Shown: piece by piece, positions 31,734-40,067 of the stretch | How the letters are laid out: the number at the start of each line of letters is the position of its first letter | How positions within the stretch are numbered: position 1 is the first letter of the stretch | NCBI GenBank assembly: GCA_016180655.1 | Contig: JACPAT010000026.1 | Coordinates: 1-40,067, forward strand | Length of the DNA stretch: 40,067 nucleotides | From: Candidatus Methylomirabilota bacterium | Lineage (GTDB): Bacteria > Methylomirabilota > Methylomirabilia > Methylomirabilales > 2-02-FULL-66-22 | Direction: 5' to 3' | The notes under the pieces: model-generated | The model's database searches: none | Told to the model about the DNA's origin: nothing | What the model saw: only the letters and a program-made list of their open reading frames with translations | Program-made: the position numbers and the translations under genes

Positions 31734-33089
31734 CTATTTCTCGGTCTTGTCCAAGAGTTCCTGGAATTCCTTGTGGGCCTGGGCGATGACCGTCTCGGAC
31801 TTGGCCCCTTCGATGGCCTTCTGGATCGCGACGCCGATGATGTCGCGATACTGCGTGACGTCAATGATCTCCGGGAGGCCGGCGCGGCCGACCTTCAGGC
31901 TCTCCAGGTACGCGGCGTACCAGTCGGCCGGCATCTTCGGCTTGGCCTTCACCTCGGGGTTGTTCCAGGGCGTGACGCGGCCGACGCCCACGCCCGCCAG
32001 CAGCTCGCGGGCCGCATTCTGCTTGTTGGTGGCCCACTGGATGAACAGGAAGGCCGCCTCCTTGTTCCGGCTCTGGGAGGTGATGGACATGGCATTGGTG
32101 AAGGTCGGGGCGACGTGGGCGGCCGGACCCGCGGGAAGCACCGCATACCCGACCTTGCCCGCGATCTTGGACTTGCCGGGGTCCTCGAACTGGTTGGCGA
32201 AGTTCACCCCGTCGTAGTAGATCCCCACCTGGCCCTGCATGAAGGCGGCGCTGCTTTCGTACCAGTTGAAGTTGACCACGCCGGGGGGGCCGAAGCGCCG
32301 GAGCATCCCGGCGTACCAGTCCATGGCCTTGACCCACTGGGAGGCGTTGAGGGCGGACTTCCCGTCCTTGGTCAGGTACTCCCCGCCCATCGAGTAGATC
32401 ACCCAGGCCCAGGGCGTGGCATTGGCGTTCTTCAACCCGCGCGACACGAAGCCGTACATGCCGGGCGGGTTGTGGAGCTTCTGGGCCTGCTCCTCCAGCT
32501 CCGCCATGGTCTTCGGCGGTTTCCATCCCTTCTGCTGATACAGGTCCTTGCGGTAGAAGAGCACGAAGGGGTCCACGAAGGTGGGGAGCCCGCTGATGGT
32601 CCTGTCGGGCTGGGTCACGTCTGCCCGAGCCCCGGTCGTGAAGTCGTTCCAGTCATAGTCCGGAGCCGTCAGGCTCTTGTCCTCCAAGAATTTGTTCAGC
32701 GGCTGGAACCAGCCCGACTTCCAGGCCCGCCGCTTCTCCACATGCATGCTGGCGTGCCAGGCGTCGATCCCGCCGGCGCCGGCCGTCATCTCCACCGTGA
32801 ACTTCTGGCGCCCCTGCACCTCCGGCAGGACCTCGTACTTGACCTTGATCCCGGTGAGGGATTCAAACTCCGGGATGTGCTTGACCATCTCGTCCACCCA
32901 GGGGTGCTTGTAGAGGAGCAGGAAGAGTTCCTTCCCCTTGAAGCGCTGCCAGTTGAAGGTCTGGCCGTGCCCCGGCGTGGCGATGAAGGGACCGATCGCC
33001 GCTCCGGCGGCGACGGTCGCCCCCAGCCTGAGTACCTCCCGACGGGTCATCCTGTGGGTGCTCGGAACCTTCTGCCGTGGCTTGTTCAT
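31734..33089 (-). CDS. Tat-exported sugar ABC transporter substrate-binding protein
   Basis: TRREVLRLG Tat motif; FESLTGIKV, LFYRKDL, PKTMAEL, FMQGQVG, VGYAVLPAGP; SD GGAGGAGG. Confidence 0.92.
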   Translation of the reverse strand: MNKPRQKVPSTHRMTRREVLRLGATVAAGAAIGPFIATPGHGQTFNWQRFKGKELFLLLYKHPWVDEMVKHIPEFESLTGIKVKYEVLPEVQGRQKFTVEMTAGAGGIDAWHASMHVEKRRAWKSGWFQPLNKFLEDKSLTAPDYDWNDFTTGARADVTQPDRTISGLPTFVDPFVLFYRKDLYQQKGWKPPKTMAELEEQAQKLHNPPGMYGFVSRGLKNANATPWAWVIYSMGGEYLTKDGKSALNASQWVKAMDWYAGMLRRFGPPGVVNFNWYESSAAFMQGQVGIYYDGVNFANQFEDPGKSKIAGKVGYAVLPAGPAAHVAPTFTNAMSITSQSRNKEAAFLFIQWATNKQNAARELLAGVGVGRVTPWNNPEVKAKPKMPADWYAAYLESLKVGRAGLPEIIDVTQYRDIIGVAIQKAIEGAKSETVIAQAHKEFQELLDKTEK

Positions 33090-33140
33090 ACGGACCTCCT
33101 CCCCTCCCAAATTGGTTTCCAGTGGCGGGATGCCGGGGTG

Positions 33141-33170
33141 AACGTATTCCAGTCCCAATATCCCTGTCAA
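33141..33170 (-). promoter_or_regulatory. Putative sigma70 promoter of the ABC operon
   Basis: TTGACA-N18-TACGTT. Confidence 0.55.
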
Positions 33171-33226
33171 GCCTCTCGTGGGGCCGGGTGTCCCGGCCGG
33201 GGCCGCATGGAGAACGTGCCGGCCCA

Positions 33227-34144
33227 TCAGCCCAGGCTCCGCTCCAGTTCCAGGACGCGGCCCACCAGGCTGGTGGCGATTCGCTGCTGCACGTCGTCGA
33301 ACCGCAGGATCGGCTCGCGCACGGCGTGGGTGCGGAAGACGCCCTTGGCCACCAGCACGCGCTTGAAGAACTGGATGGAGATGTCGATGTGCTGGTTGGC
33401 AAAGGCCAGGATGGGCAGCAGCCGTTCGAAGAGGTGCCGGGCGCCCTCCCGGTCCCCCGCCCTATGCCGGGCCATGATCGCCCGGTAGATGGCGACCATG
33501 CTGCCCTCCGGCATGAGGGCGTGGACGCCGCGCTCCAGCCCGTCCAGCATCTGGGTCACGGCCCACCCGCCCGAGACGTGCAGGCGGCCGCCGGTGGCCG
33601 CCAGGATCCGGGAATACTTGGGGCCGGCCGGCGCCGTCTCGACCTTGATGCCGCGAAAGGTGGGCAGCTCCTCGAACAGCTCGCAGATGAGTGCCAGGTC
33701 CATCCCGCCCCCGCGCCAATCCAGGTCCTGGATCATGAGCGGCAAGTCCACGCCGCGGGCCAGGGTTCGGAAATACGCCCGGAGCTGGCCGCTGTCGGTC
33801 CCCATCGCTTCCGGCGCCTGGGCCAGGATTCCGGTGGCCCTCCGGGCCTGGGCGTGGCGGGCCAGGGTCAGGCTTTCCTCGGCACTCCCCGTGCTCACAC
33901 CCACGATAACCGGGACCCGCCCCCGGACGTGATCCAGCACGACTTCGACCGTGTCCTGCCGCTCCGCAGGCGTCAGCTTGTGGACCTCACTCGCCACCGC
34001 CGGATAGATGACGCCCACGGCTCCTGCCTGGATGACGTGGTCCACGAGTCTGTGGAGTGACAAGGGATCCACTCTCCCGTCCTCCCCAAAGGGTGTCTGG
34101 AGGATCGGGACGATACCGTCGAGGACGTAGCGGGTCTTCCCCAT
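33227..34144 (-). CDS. DapA-superfamily enzyme, 2-keto-3-deoxy sugar-acid dehydratase-like
   Basis: GIVPILQTPF, AVASE in place of GxxGE, MIQD (Gln instead of the catalytic Tyr), Schiff-base GIKVE; start ATG 34144. Confidence 0.8.
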   Translation of the reverse strand: MGKTRYVLDGIVPILQTPFGEDGRVDPLSLHRLVDHVIQAGAVGVIYPAVASEVHKLTPAERQDTVEVVLDHVRGRVPVIVGVSTGSAEESLTLARHAQARRATGILAQAPEAMGTDSGQLRAYFRTLARGVDLPLMIQDLDWRGGGMDLALICELFEELPTFRGIKVETAPAGPKYSRILAATGGRLHVSGGWAVTQMLDGLERGVHALMPEGSMVAIYRAIMARHRAGDREGARHLFERLLPILAFANQHIDISIQFFKRVLVAKGVFRTHAVREPILRFDDVQQRIATSLVGRVLELERSLG

Positions 34145-34149
34145 CGCCT

Positions 34150-35436
34150 TCAGCTCTGAAAGCCGACCAGCCGGGGCAGGAAGAGCACCAGGCCCGGCAC
34201 GTAGGTAATGAGGAACAGGACGGTGATCAGCACCCACAGGAAGGGCATGACCTCGCGGATGACCAAGCCCAGGGGGGTCTTGGTAAGGCCGCTCACCGTG
34301 AAGAGCAGCATGCCGTAGGGCGGTGTGCAGAGCCCGATCATCATGTTCAGGACGATGACCACCCCGAAATGCACCAGGTCAATGCCCAGGGCCCGAACAG
34401 CCGGGAGGATCATGGGGATCACAACCAGCATCAGGATCATGGTGTCCAGGAAGCATCCCAGAATGAGAAACAGGATGTTCAGGAGCAGGAGGAGAACGTA
34501 GGGGTTCGTCGTCATGGACACCACGCCCGTGGCGATCCGGTTGGAGATACCCTCCAGGGTCACGACGTAGCTGAAGGCGAAGGCCCCGGCGATAATGAAA
34601 GTCAGGAACCCCACGTTCTCTACGGTGGCCACCATCTCGCGGTACAACCCCCGGAGTCCCATGTCCCGGTACACCAGGACGGCCAGGAGCATGGCGTACA
34701 GGGCGGCGGCCGCGCCGGCCTCCGTCGGCGTAAAGACACCCGAGTAGATCCCCCCCAGGAGGATGACCGGCGTCATCAGCGAGAGGAATGCCTGGGCAAA
34801 GGCCCGGCAGAGGGCCCGAAAGCCCTGCCACGTGCCCACGGGGTAGCTGCGCCGCCTCGCCACGGCCGCGATATACCCCATCATGGCCCCGCCCATGAGC
34901 AGCCCGGGGATCACCCCGCCGAGGAACAGGTTCCCCAGGGAGGCCCCCGAGAGCATGGAGAAGATCACCATGGGGATGGAGGGGGGGATGATGGGTCCGA
35001 TGGTGGCAGTGGCGGCCGACACAGCGCAGGCGAAGGGGCGCTCGTAGCCCCCGTCCTCCATGGACTTGATCTCCATGAGGCCGAGGCCGGAGGCATCCGC
35101 CAGGGCGGATCCCGTCATGCCGGAGAAGATGATGCTGCCCACCACGTTCACGTGGGCCAGCCCGCCCCGAAGGAACCCGACCGAGCTATCGGCGAAGTTG
35201 AAGATCCGCGTGGTGATGCCCCCGATGTTCATGACCCGGGCCGAGAGCACGAAGAGGGGGATCGCCAGGAGCACGAACTGGTTGTCGAAGCCGATCACCA
35301 TGGTCTCTACCACCTCTTGCAGGGTGATCCCCTTGGCGAGGAAGTAGACGCTGGTGGAGACCACCATCCCCAGGGCGATGGAGCCGCGGAACAGGAAGAA
35401 GAGGATGAAGGTAACCACCCACAGGGTGACGGCCAT
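34150..35436 (-). CDS. dctM: TRAP transporter large permease DctM
   Basis: LLAIPLF, GGLAHVNV, FSGMTGSALADA, IIPPSI, GVFTPTEA, GLCTPPYG. Confidence 0.95.
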   Translation of the reverse strand: MAVTLWVVTFILFFLFRGSIALGMVVSTSVYFLAKGITLQEVVETMVIGFDNQFVLLAIPLFVLSARVMNIGGITTRIFNFADSSVGFLRGGLAHVNVVGSIIFSGMTGSALADASGLGLMEIKSMEDGGYERPFACAVSAATATIGPIIPPSIPMVIFSMLSGASLGNLFLGGVIPGLLMGGAMMGYIAAVARRRSYPVGTWQGFRALCRAFAQAFLSLMTPVILLGGIYSGVFTPTEAGAAAALYAMLLAVLVYRDMGLRGLYREMVATVENVGFLTFIIAGAFAFSYVVTLEGISNRIATGVVSMTTNPYVLLLLLNILFLILGCFLDTMILMLVVIPMILPAVRALGIDLVHFGVVIVLNMMIGLCTPPYGMLLFTVSGLTKTPLGLVIREVMPFLWVLITVLFLITYVPGLVLFLPRLVGFQS

Positions 35437-35437
35437 G

Positions 35438-35959
35438 TCACGATTCCCCGGTCCGGGTGCCCCGCCAGTCCCGCACGGCCCCTGCCGCCAAGTGGCCGAT
35501 CATGAGGACGATGCTTACAAGGTACACGAGCACCAGGAAACTCCAGGGGATGTGGAGCGAGGCAGATCGCATGATATGGCTCTGGCGCATGAACTGGATG
35601 CCCGGCACGATCAGCGTGGCCAGGACAGCGGCGCCGAATACCCGGAGACCCGCTGACAGCACCCGCTGGACCGGCACCGGCAGCGCATTGAACAGGACGT
35701 CAAAGGCCACGTGGGAGTCGTGGCGCGCCGCCAGGGCTGCCCCCAAGTAGATGAGGCAGATGTACATATAAATGGACAGCTCGAAGGGCCAGACCAGCGG
35801 CGTGAAGAGATACCGGAAGATGACCTGAACGACGATGGAAACGAACATCACCGCCAAGGCCAGGACACCGCAGGTTTCCTCGAGCAGGCGGATGATCCGA
35901 TCCAGGGCTCCCCCCACGACGGATTTCTCCTGAAAAGAACCGGGGGGTGAGGCAATCAC
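35438..35959 (-). CDS. dctQ: TRAP transporter small permease DctQ
   Basis: QVIFRY, WPFELS, YLGA, HVAFD; four TM; start uncertain. Confidence 0.88.
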   Translation of the reverse strand: MIASPPGSFQEKSVVGGALDRIIRLLEETCGVLALAVMFVSIVVQVIFRYLFTPLVWPFELSIYMYICLIYLGAALAARHDSHVAFDVLFNALPVPVQRVLSAGLRVFGAAVLATLIVPGIQFMRQSHIMRSASLHIPWSFLVLVYLVSIVLMIGHLAAGAVRDWRGTRTGES

Positions 35960-35985
35960 CCCCCGGTTCCGCGCGGCCGATCAGG

Positions 35986-36978
35986 TCACGGGCTTGACTG
36001 GATCTTCTCGTAGACCCCGGCGCCCCACTTGGCCTCGAACTCCTTGTAGGCGGGGCGGGCATTCTGCCGCCAGGGTTCCAGATCGGGATAGATGATCTTG
36101 AGGCCGTACTGCTTCTCGAACTTCTCGAGGAGCGTGGCCTCCCCCTCTAGGACGAGGTAGTTCATGTAGTTGCGCGCCGTCATCAGCGCCGTGTGCATCC
36201 AGACCTTGTACTCGGCCGGCATCCCCTGCCAGAGCGGCTCATGGATGATGGGCCAGAGCTGGCCGATCTGGTGGTTGGTCATGATGATGTACTTCGTGAC
36301 CTCGTAGAACTTAGCCGCCTCGTTGGTCGGCAAGGGGTTGTCCTGCCCGTCCACGGTCCCGGTCTTCAGGGCCAGGTACAGCTCCCCGAAGCCCAGGGGG
36401 GTCGGGTTGGCGCCCAAGGCCTTGCCCATGGCGATCCACATGGGGGCGTTGGGAACCCGGAGCTTGACGTCCTTCATGTCCCCCGGCTTGGTGACCGGCT
36501 TCGTCCGCAGGTTGAGGTTGCGGGTCCCGAGGTACCACACGTCCAGCGGACGGATGCTGGTCTTCTTGGCCAGCGTCTCGAAGTACTGCCGGCCCATGGG
36601 ACCGAGCAGGACCCGGTACATGTGATCCAGGTCCCGGAACAGGTAGGCGGCCGCGAACACGCCCACTTCCGGGTCGAAATCCGACAGCCAGGTGCCATCG
36701 GCAAAGGACATCTCCAGCGTTCCCCGCTGGACCTTGGTCACCTGGGTCTTCTGGTCGCCGAGCTGACCCGAGTGGAACAGGCGGACCTTGATCTTGCCGG
36801 CGCTCAGGGCCTCCACGTTCTTGGCGAAGACCTCCATGGCCTTGTACTCGGGCTGCGTCGGCACCCCCACGGTGTTGAATTTCAGCTCATAGGTGGGCTC
36901 TCCTGCCAGAGCCGGCGCCACGACCCACAAGCCTCCCACGAGGACCAGCACACCCGTCCACATAGCGATGCGTTTCAT
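35986..36978 (-). CDS. dctP: TRAP transporter substrate-binding protein DctP
   Basis: Signal peptide; GQLG, YLGTR, KLRVP (carboxylate-binding Arg), ELYLALKTGTVDGQDNP, FYEV; SD GAGGAGG. Confidence 0.93.
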   Translation of the reverse strand: MKRIAMWTGVLVLVGGLWVVAPALAGEPTYELKFNTVGVPTQPEYKAMEVFAKNVEALSAGKIKVRLFHSGQLGDQKTQVTKVQRGTLEMSFADGTWLSDFDPEVGVFAAAYLFRDLDHMYRVLLGPMGRQYFETLAKKTSIRPLDVWYLGTRNLNLRTKPVTKPGDMKDVKLRVPNAPMWIAMGKALGANPTPLGFGELYLALKTGTVDGQDNPLPTNEAAKFYEVTKYIIMTNHQIGQLWPIIHEPLWQGMPAEYKVWMHTALMTARNYMNYLVLEGEATLLEKFEKQYGLKIIYPDLEPWRQNARPAYKEFEAKWGAGVYEKIQSSP

Positions 36979-37050
36979 GACCCTCCTCCTTTCCCCGGCG
37001 GTCCGGCCCGCAGAGCGCCGGCCACCCGGGCTTTCCCTCCTCCGGATAGT

Positions 37051-37079
37051 AACGTATCCCGCCTCTGCCGACTTCGCAA
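37051..37079 (-). promoter_or_regulatory. Putative internal sigma70 promoter for the second TRAP/dehydratase unit
   Basis: TTGCGA-N17-TACGTT. Confidence 0.5.
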
Positions 37080-37144
37080 GCCATGGTTTCGCGGCCCGGA
37101 CCCTCCTGGGGGATCCGGGGGTCAATCCCGGCCGCAGCGCGCCC

Positions 37145-38425
37145 CTATCGAAACCCCAAGAGCCGGGGGATCACGAGAACCGTCCAGGGGACATAGGTGA
37201 CCATGATCAAGGCCGCCAGCATCGGCCAGATGAAGGGAACGGTTGCCCGCACGACCCGTTCGAAGGAGATCTTTGCCACCTCGGTGGTGGCATACAACAC
37301 CACGCCCACTGGGGGCGTGATGAGCCCGATCACGGTGTTGAGGACGAACAGGACCCCGAAATGCACGCGGTCGATGCCCAGCCGGTCAAGGATCGGCAGG
37401 AAGATGGGCACCATGATAACCATGATCGAGATCCCGTCGAAGAAACAGCCCATGACCAGGCCGAGGATGTTGATGAAGAAGAGGACCGCGGCCGGGCTGG
37501 AGGTCGTCGCGAGGATGAAATCGGCAAACCGCTGGGGCACCTGCTCCCGCGCCAAAATCCAGGAGAAGAGCGAGGCCGTCGTCATGACGAAGACCACCAC
37601 GGCCGTCATGTCCACGGTCTCCCGGAGCATGCGGAGGAGATCGCCGGCTCCCAGGCGACGATAGACTAGCACCCCCAGGAACAGCGTGTAGAAGACGGCG
37701 ACCACGGCCGCCTCGGTGGGGGTGAAGATCCCCAGGCCGATTCCCCCCAGGAGGATCGTCGGGGTGAGCAGGCCCGGGATGGACAGGAGGAAGGCGTGCC
37801 ACAGTGTCCGCAGATTCGCGCGCGGCTGCAATGGATAGTTCCGGCGGATGGCCACGGCGTAGGAGTAGGCCATCATGAACAGGCCCATGAGGACCCCCGG
37901 GATGAAGCCCCCCAGGAACAGCGCCCCGATCGAGGTGCTGGCCAGGACGCCGTACACCACCATGGCGATGCTGGGCGGGATGATGGGGGCGATGGTGGAG
38001 GAGGCCGCGGTCACGGCCGCGCTGAAGTCCACGTCGTAGCCGTTGTCCACCATCGCCTTGATCTCCATGGCGCCCATCCCGCCCACGTCCGCCACCGCGG
38101 CCCCGGACATGCCGGCGAAGATCATGCTGTTCAGGATGTTCACGTGGGCCAGGCCGCCCCGGATGTGCCCCACCAGGCACTGGGCAAAGCCGAAGATCCG
38201 ATCCGTGAGGCCCGCCTCGTTCACCAGCTTGCCCATGAGAATGTAGAACGGGATGGCCAGGAGGGGAAACGAGTCGGCGGCCGCGGACATGCGCTGGGAA
38301 ACGGCCAGCAGGACCTCGCCCCGTCCGATGAGGAACGCCAGGGAGACGATCCCCAGCGAAAAGGCGATGGGGACCCGAAGCGCCAGGAGCAGGAAGAAGC
38401 AGGCGAACAGCAGCAAGATCACCAT
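37145..38425 (-). CDS. dctM: TRAP transporter large permease DctM
   Basis: SFPLLAIPFY, GGLAHVN, FAGMSGAAVAD, IIPPSI, GIFTPTEAA, GLITPPVG; start ATG 38425 overlapping the dctQ stop. Confidence 0.95.
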   Translation of the reverse strand: MVILLLFACFFLLLALRVPIAFSLGIVSLAFLIGRGEVLLAVSQRMSAAADSFPLLAIPFYILMGKLVNEAGLTDRIFGFAQCLVGHIRGGLAHVNILNSMIFAGMSGAAVADVGGMGAMEIKAMVDNGYDVDFSAAVTAASSTIAPIIPPSIAMVVYGVLASTSIGALFLGGFIPGVLMGLFMMAYSYAVAIRRNYPLQPRANLRTLWHAFLLSIPGLLTPTILLGGIGLGIFTPTEAAVVAVFYTLFLGVLVYRRLGAGDLLRMLRETVDMTAVVVFVMTTASLFSWILAREQVPQRFADFILATTSSPAAVLFFINILGLVMGCFFDGISIMVIMVPIFLPILDRLGIDRVHFGVLFVLNTVIGLITPPVGVVLYATTEVAKISFERVVRATVPFIWPMLAALIMVTYVPWTVLVIPRLLGFR

Positions 38426-38904
38426 GCGCGACCGCCGTCGGTATGGCCCGTGACGTGCCGCCAGAGAGCCCCGAGCATCACCAGGACCATGGCCGCCATT
38501 CCCAGGAGGATGCCCAGGTAGACGAACGTCCACGGGATGAGGAGCGCAGCCGTGGGGACCGTCCAGACCATCCCTGCCAAGCGGATGCTCTGCCAAAAGA
38601 CGATCCCCACGAAGGCCAGCAGCAGGATATCCCCCAGCACGGCCACGCCCCGCCGGGGTCCAGGCGGCAGCTTCTCGACGAAGAAGCTCACCTGGATGTG
38701 TCCCTCACGCCGGAGGACGATGGCGGCGCCGAGGAAGACCAGGTAGATGAACAGGTACCGGGCCAGCTCCTCGGACCAGAACAGGGAATGGTTCAGGACA
38801 TACCGGGCGAAGATCTGCGCCCCGACCACCAAAAGCAGCGCGGTCAGGAGGGCCAGGGTTGCCCCGTCAAGGATGCGGTCCACCGCCCGCAGCAGCCCCG
38901 ACAT
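38419..38904 (-). CDS. dctQ: TRAP transporter small permease DctQ
   Basis: QIFARYVLN, WSEELARY, FLGAA, HIQV. Confidence 0.92.
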   Translation of the reverse strand: MSGLLRAVDRILDGATLALLTALLLVVGAQIFARYVLNHSLFWSEELARYLFIYLVFLGAAIVLRREGHIQVSFFVEKLPPGPRRGVAVLGDILLLAFVGIVFWQSIRLAGMVWTVPTAALLIPWTFVYLGILLGMAAMVLVMLGALWRHVTGHTDGGRAW

Positions 38905-38917
38905 CGGACAGGCCCTC

Positions 38918-39901
38918 TCAGCGGATCGCCGCGATCCGCTCGTACAGGCCCTTGCCCCACTTCTCTTCCAGCTTGGGGATGGCCGTCATGGACGCCTTGC
39001 GGAAGGCCTCCACGTCCGGGGTGATGACCGTCATCCCCTTCTTCTTGAACTCATCCACCAGCGACTGCTCCTGCTTGATCAAGAGGTCGTTGCTGAAGGC
39101 GATCCCCTCGTCCACGGCCTCCTGGAGGATCTTCTGGTCGCCCGGCGCCAGGCTCTTCCACAGCTTGTCGCTGATAGCGTGGAACTGGGGGACCATGATG
39201 TGGCCGGTCAGGACGAGGTACTTCTGCACCTCGTAGAATTTTCCCGAGTTGATGGTGGGGATGGGGTTCTCCTGGGCGTCCACCGTCCCCTGCTTCAGCG
39301 CCAGGTACAGTTCGGCAAAGGCCATGGGCGTCGGGTTGGCGCCCCAGGCCCTGGCCATCTCCAGGTACAGCGGCACCTCGGGGACCCGCAGCTTCATCCC
39401 CTTGACGTCCTCGGGCTTGTGCACCGGCTTGTTCGCCGTGAGGTGCCGTACCCCGTAGTACAGGACCCCCAGGGATCGCAGGCCCCGCTTGGCCACCAGC
39501 TCGTCCAGCATCTCTTGCCCGATGGGGCCCCGCATCACCTTGTACATGTGATTCACGTCGCGGAAGAGATAGGGCGCCTCCATGATGGACAGGCGGGGCG
39601 CCCACTGGCTGAACATGGCCGCCCCCTCGGTGGCCATGGCCTGGCTGCCGAAGACCACCGCCTCGATCATGTCCTTGCCCGTGCCGAGCTGGGCCGAGGG
39701 AAACACCTGGATCTGGATCCGGTTGTTGGTCTTCTGGGCGACGGTCTCGGCCGTTTTCTTCATGCCCAGGACGAAGGGGTGCTCCGGTTGCAGGACGATC
39801 CCCCACTTCATGATCAGCGGCTTGTCCTGGGCGAGGGCCAACGGCCCGGCCAGGAGCAGGGCGAACCCCACCAGCAACACGACCAACAGCCGAGATCTCA
39901 T
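38918..39901 (-). CDS. dctP: TRAP transporter substrate-binding protein DctP
   Basis: Signal peptide; FPSAQLG, PYLFRD, YYGVRH, KLRVP, ELYLALKQGTVDAQENP; SD AAGGAGG. Confidence 0.94.
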   Translation of the reverse strand: MRSRLLVVLLVGFALLLAGPLALAQDKPLIMKWGIVLQPEHPFVLGMKKTAETVAQKTNNRIQIQVFPSAQLGTGKDMIEAVVFGSQAMATEGAAMFSQWAPRLSIMEAPYLFRDVNHMYKVMRGPIGQEMLDELVAKRGLRSLGVLYYGVRHLTANKPVHKPEDVKGMKLRVPEVPLYLEMARAWGANPTPMAFAELYLALKQGTVDAQENPIPTINSGKFYEVQKYLVLTGHIMVPQFHAISDKLWKSLAPGDQKILQEAVDEGIAFSNDLLIKQEQSLVDEFKKKGMTVITPDVEAFRKASMTAIPKLEEKWGKGLYERIAAIR

Positions 39902-40018
39902 GACAGCGACCTCCTTTCCCCGTGGACAGATCGTGCGGTGCATTCCTCTCATCGTGGGTGGCGGGAGCCTATCACGAAACCATTGCGGCGCAAATCGTGA
40001 GGCGCGGGGATTTTTGGC

Positions 40019-40048
40019 TTGACACACCATACGGACGTATGGTAGGCA
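40019..40048 (+). promoter_or_regulatory. Palindromic operator within a putative divergent promoter
   Basis: TTGACA (40019-40024) followed by perfect ACCATACG-GA-CGTATGGT (40026-40043). Confidence 0.55.
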
Positions 40049-40067
40049 TCTCCGGAAGACGAACGAA

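Noticed and set aside
28730-33488. Long + strand ORFs (721 aa, 597 aa) and similar antisense ORFs throughout the window
   Set aside because: Typical high-GC antisense shadows of recognisable minus-strand genes, with no motifs of their own
1-40067. CRISPR array
   Set aside because: The repeats are 7-10-nt periodic or palindromic without unique equal-length spacers, and no cas genes are present

Overview
High-GC bacterial chromosomal window, densely coding. Gene content is suggestive of Methylomirabilota/Rokubacteria-like genomes, but that is inference only. From left to right: DapA-family enzyme, Tat-exported M48 peptidase-LysM, TPR protein and tRNA-Thr(CGT) on the minus strand; nitrilase, small membrane protein and macrodomain deacetylase; TctABC transporter; a + strand run of a PUA-like protein, PPOX-family protein, family-5 UDG, nucleoside hydrolase and LOG protein; two c-type cytochromes and a complete alternative complex III (actABCDEF); a membrane-bound Thr-nucleophile sulfatase-like protein and a beta-propeller lipoprotein; then a sugar/sugar-acid uptake block (CUT1 ABC without ATPase, a second DapA-like enzyme, two TRAP systems). 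The best candidate for an undescribed system is 26023-29728. It holds two tandem Get3/ArsA-family ATPases that lack metal-binding Cys and have complementary degenerate motifs, two paralogous ~92-aa membrane microproteins, and a membrane-anchored protein whose motifs resemble eukaryotic CCDC47 (PAT complex). This may be a prokaryotic membrane-protein targeting/chaperoning module. Intergenic regions carry several families of short palindromic or heptamer repeats, one of which is translated in the N-terminus of ActE. All family assignments come from motif reading and memory; no searches were run.
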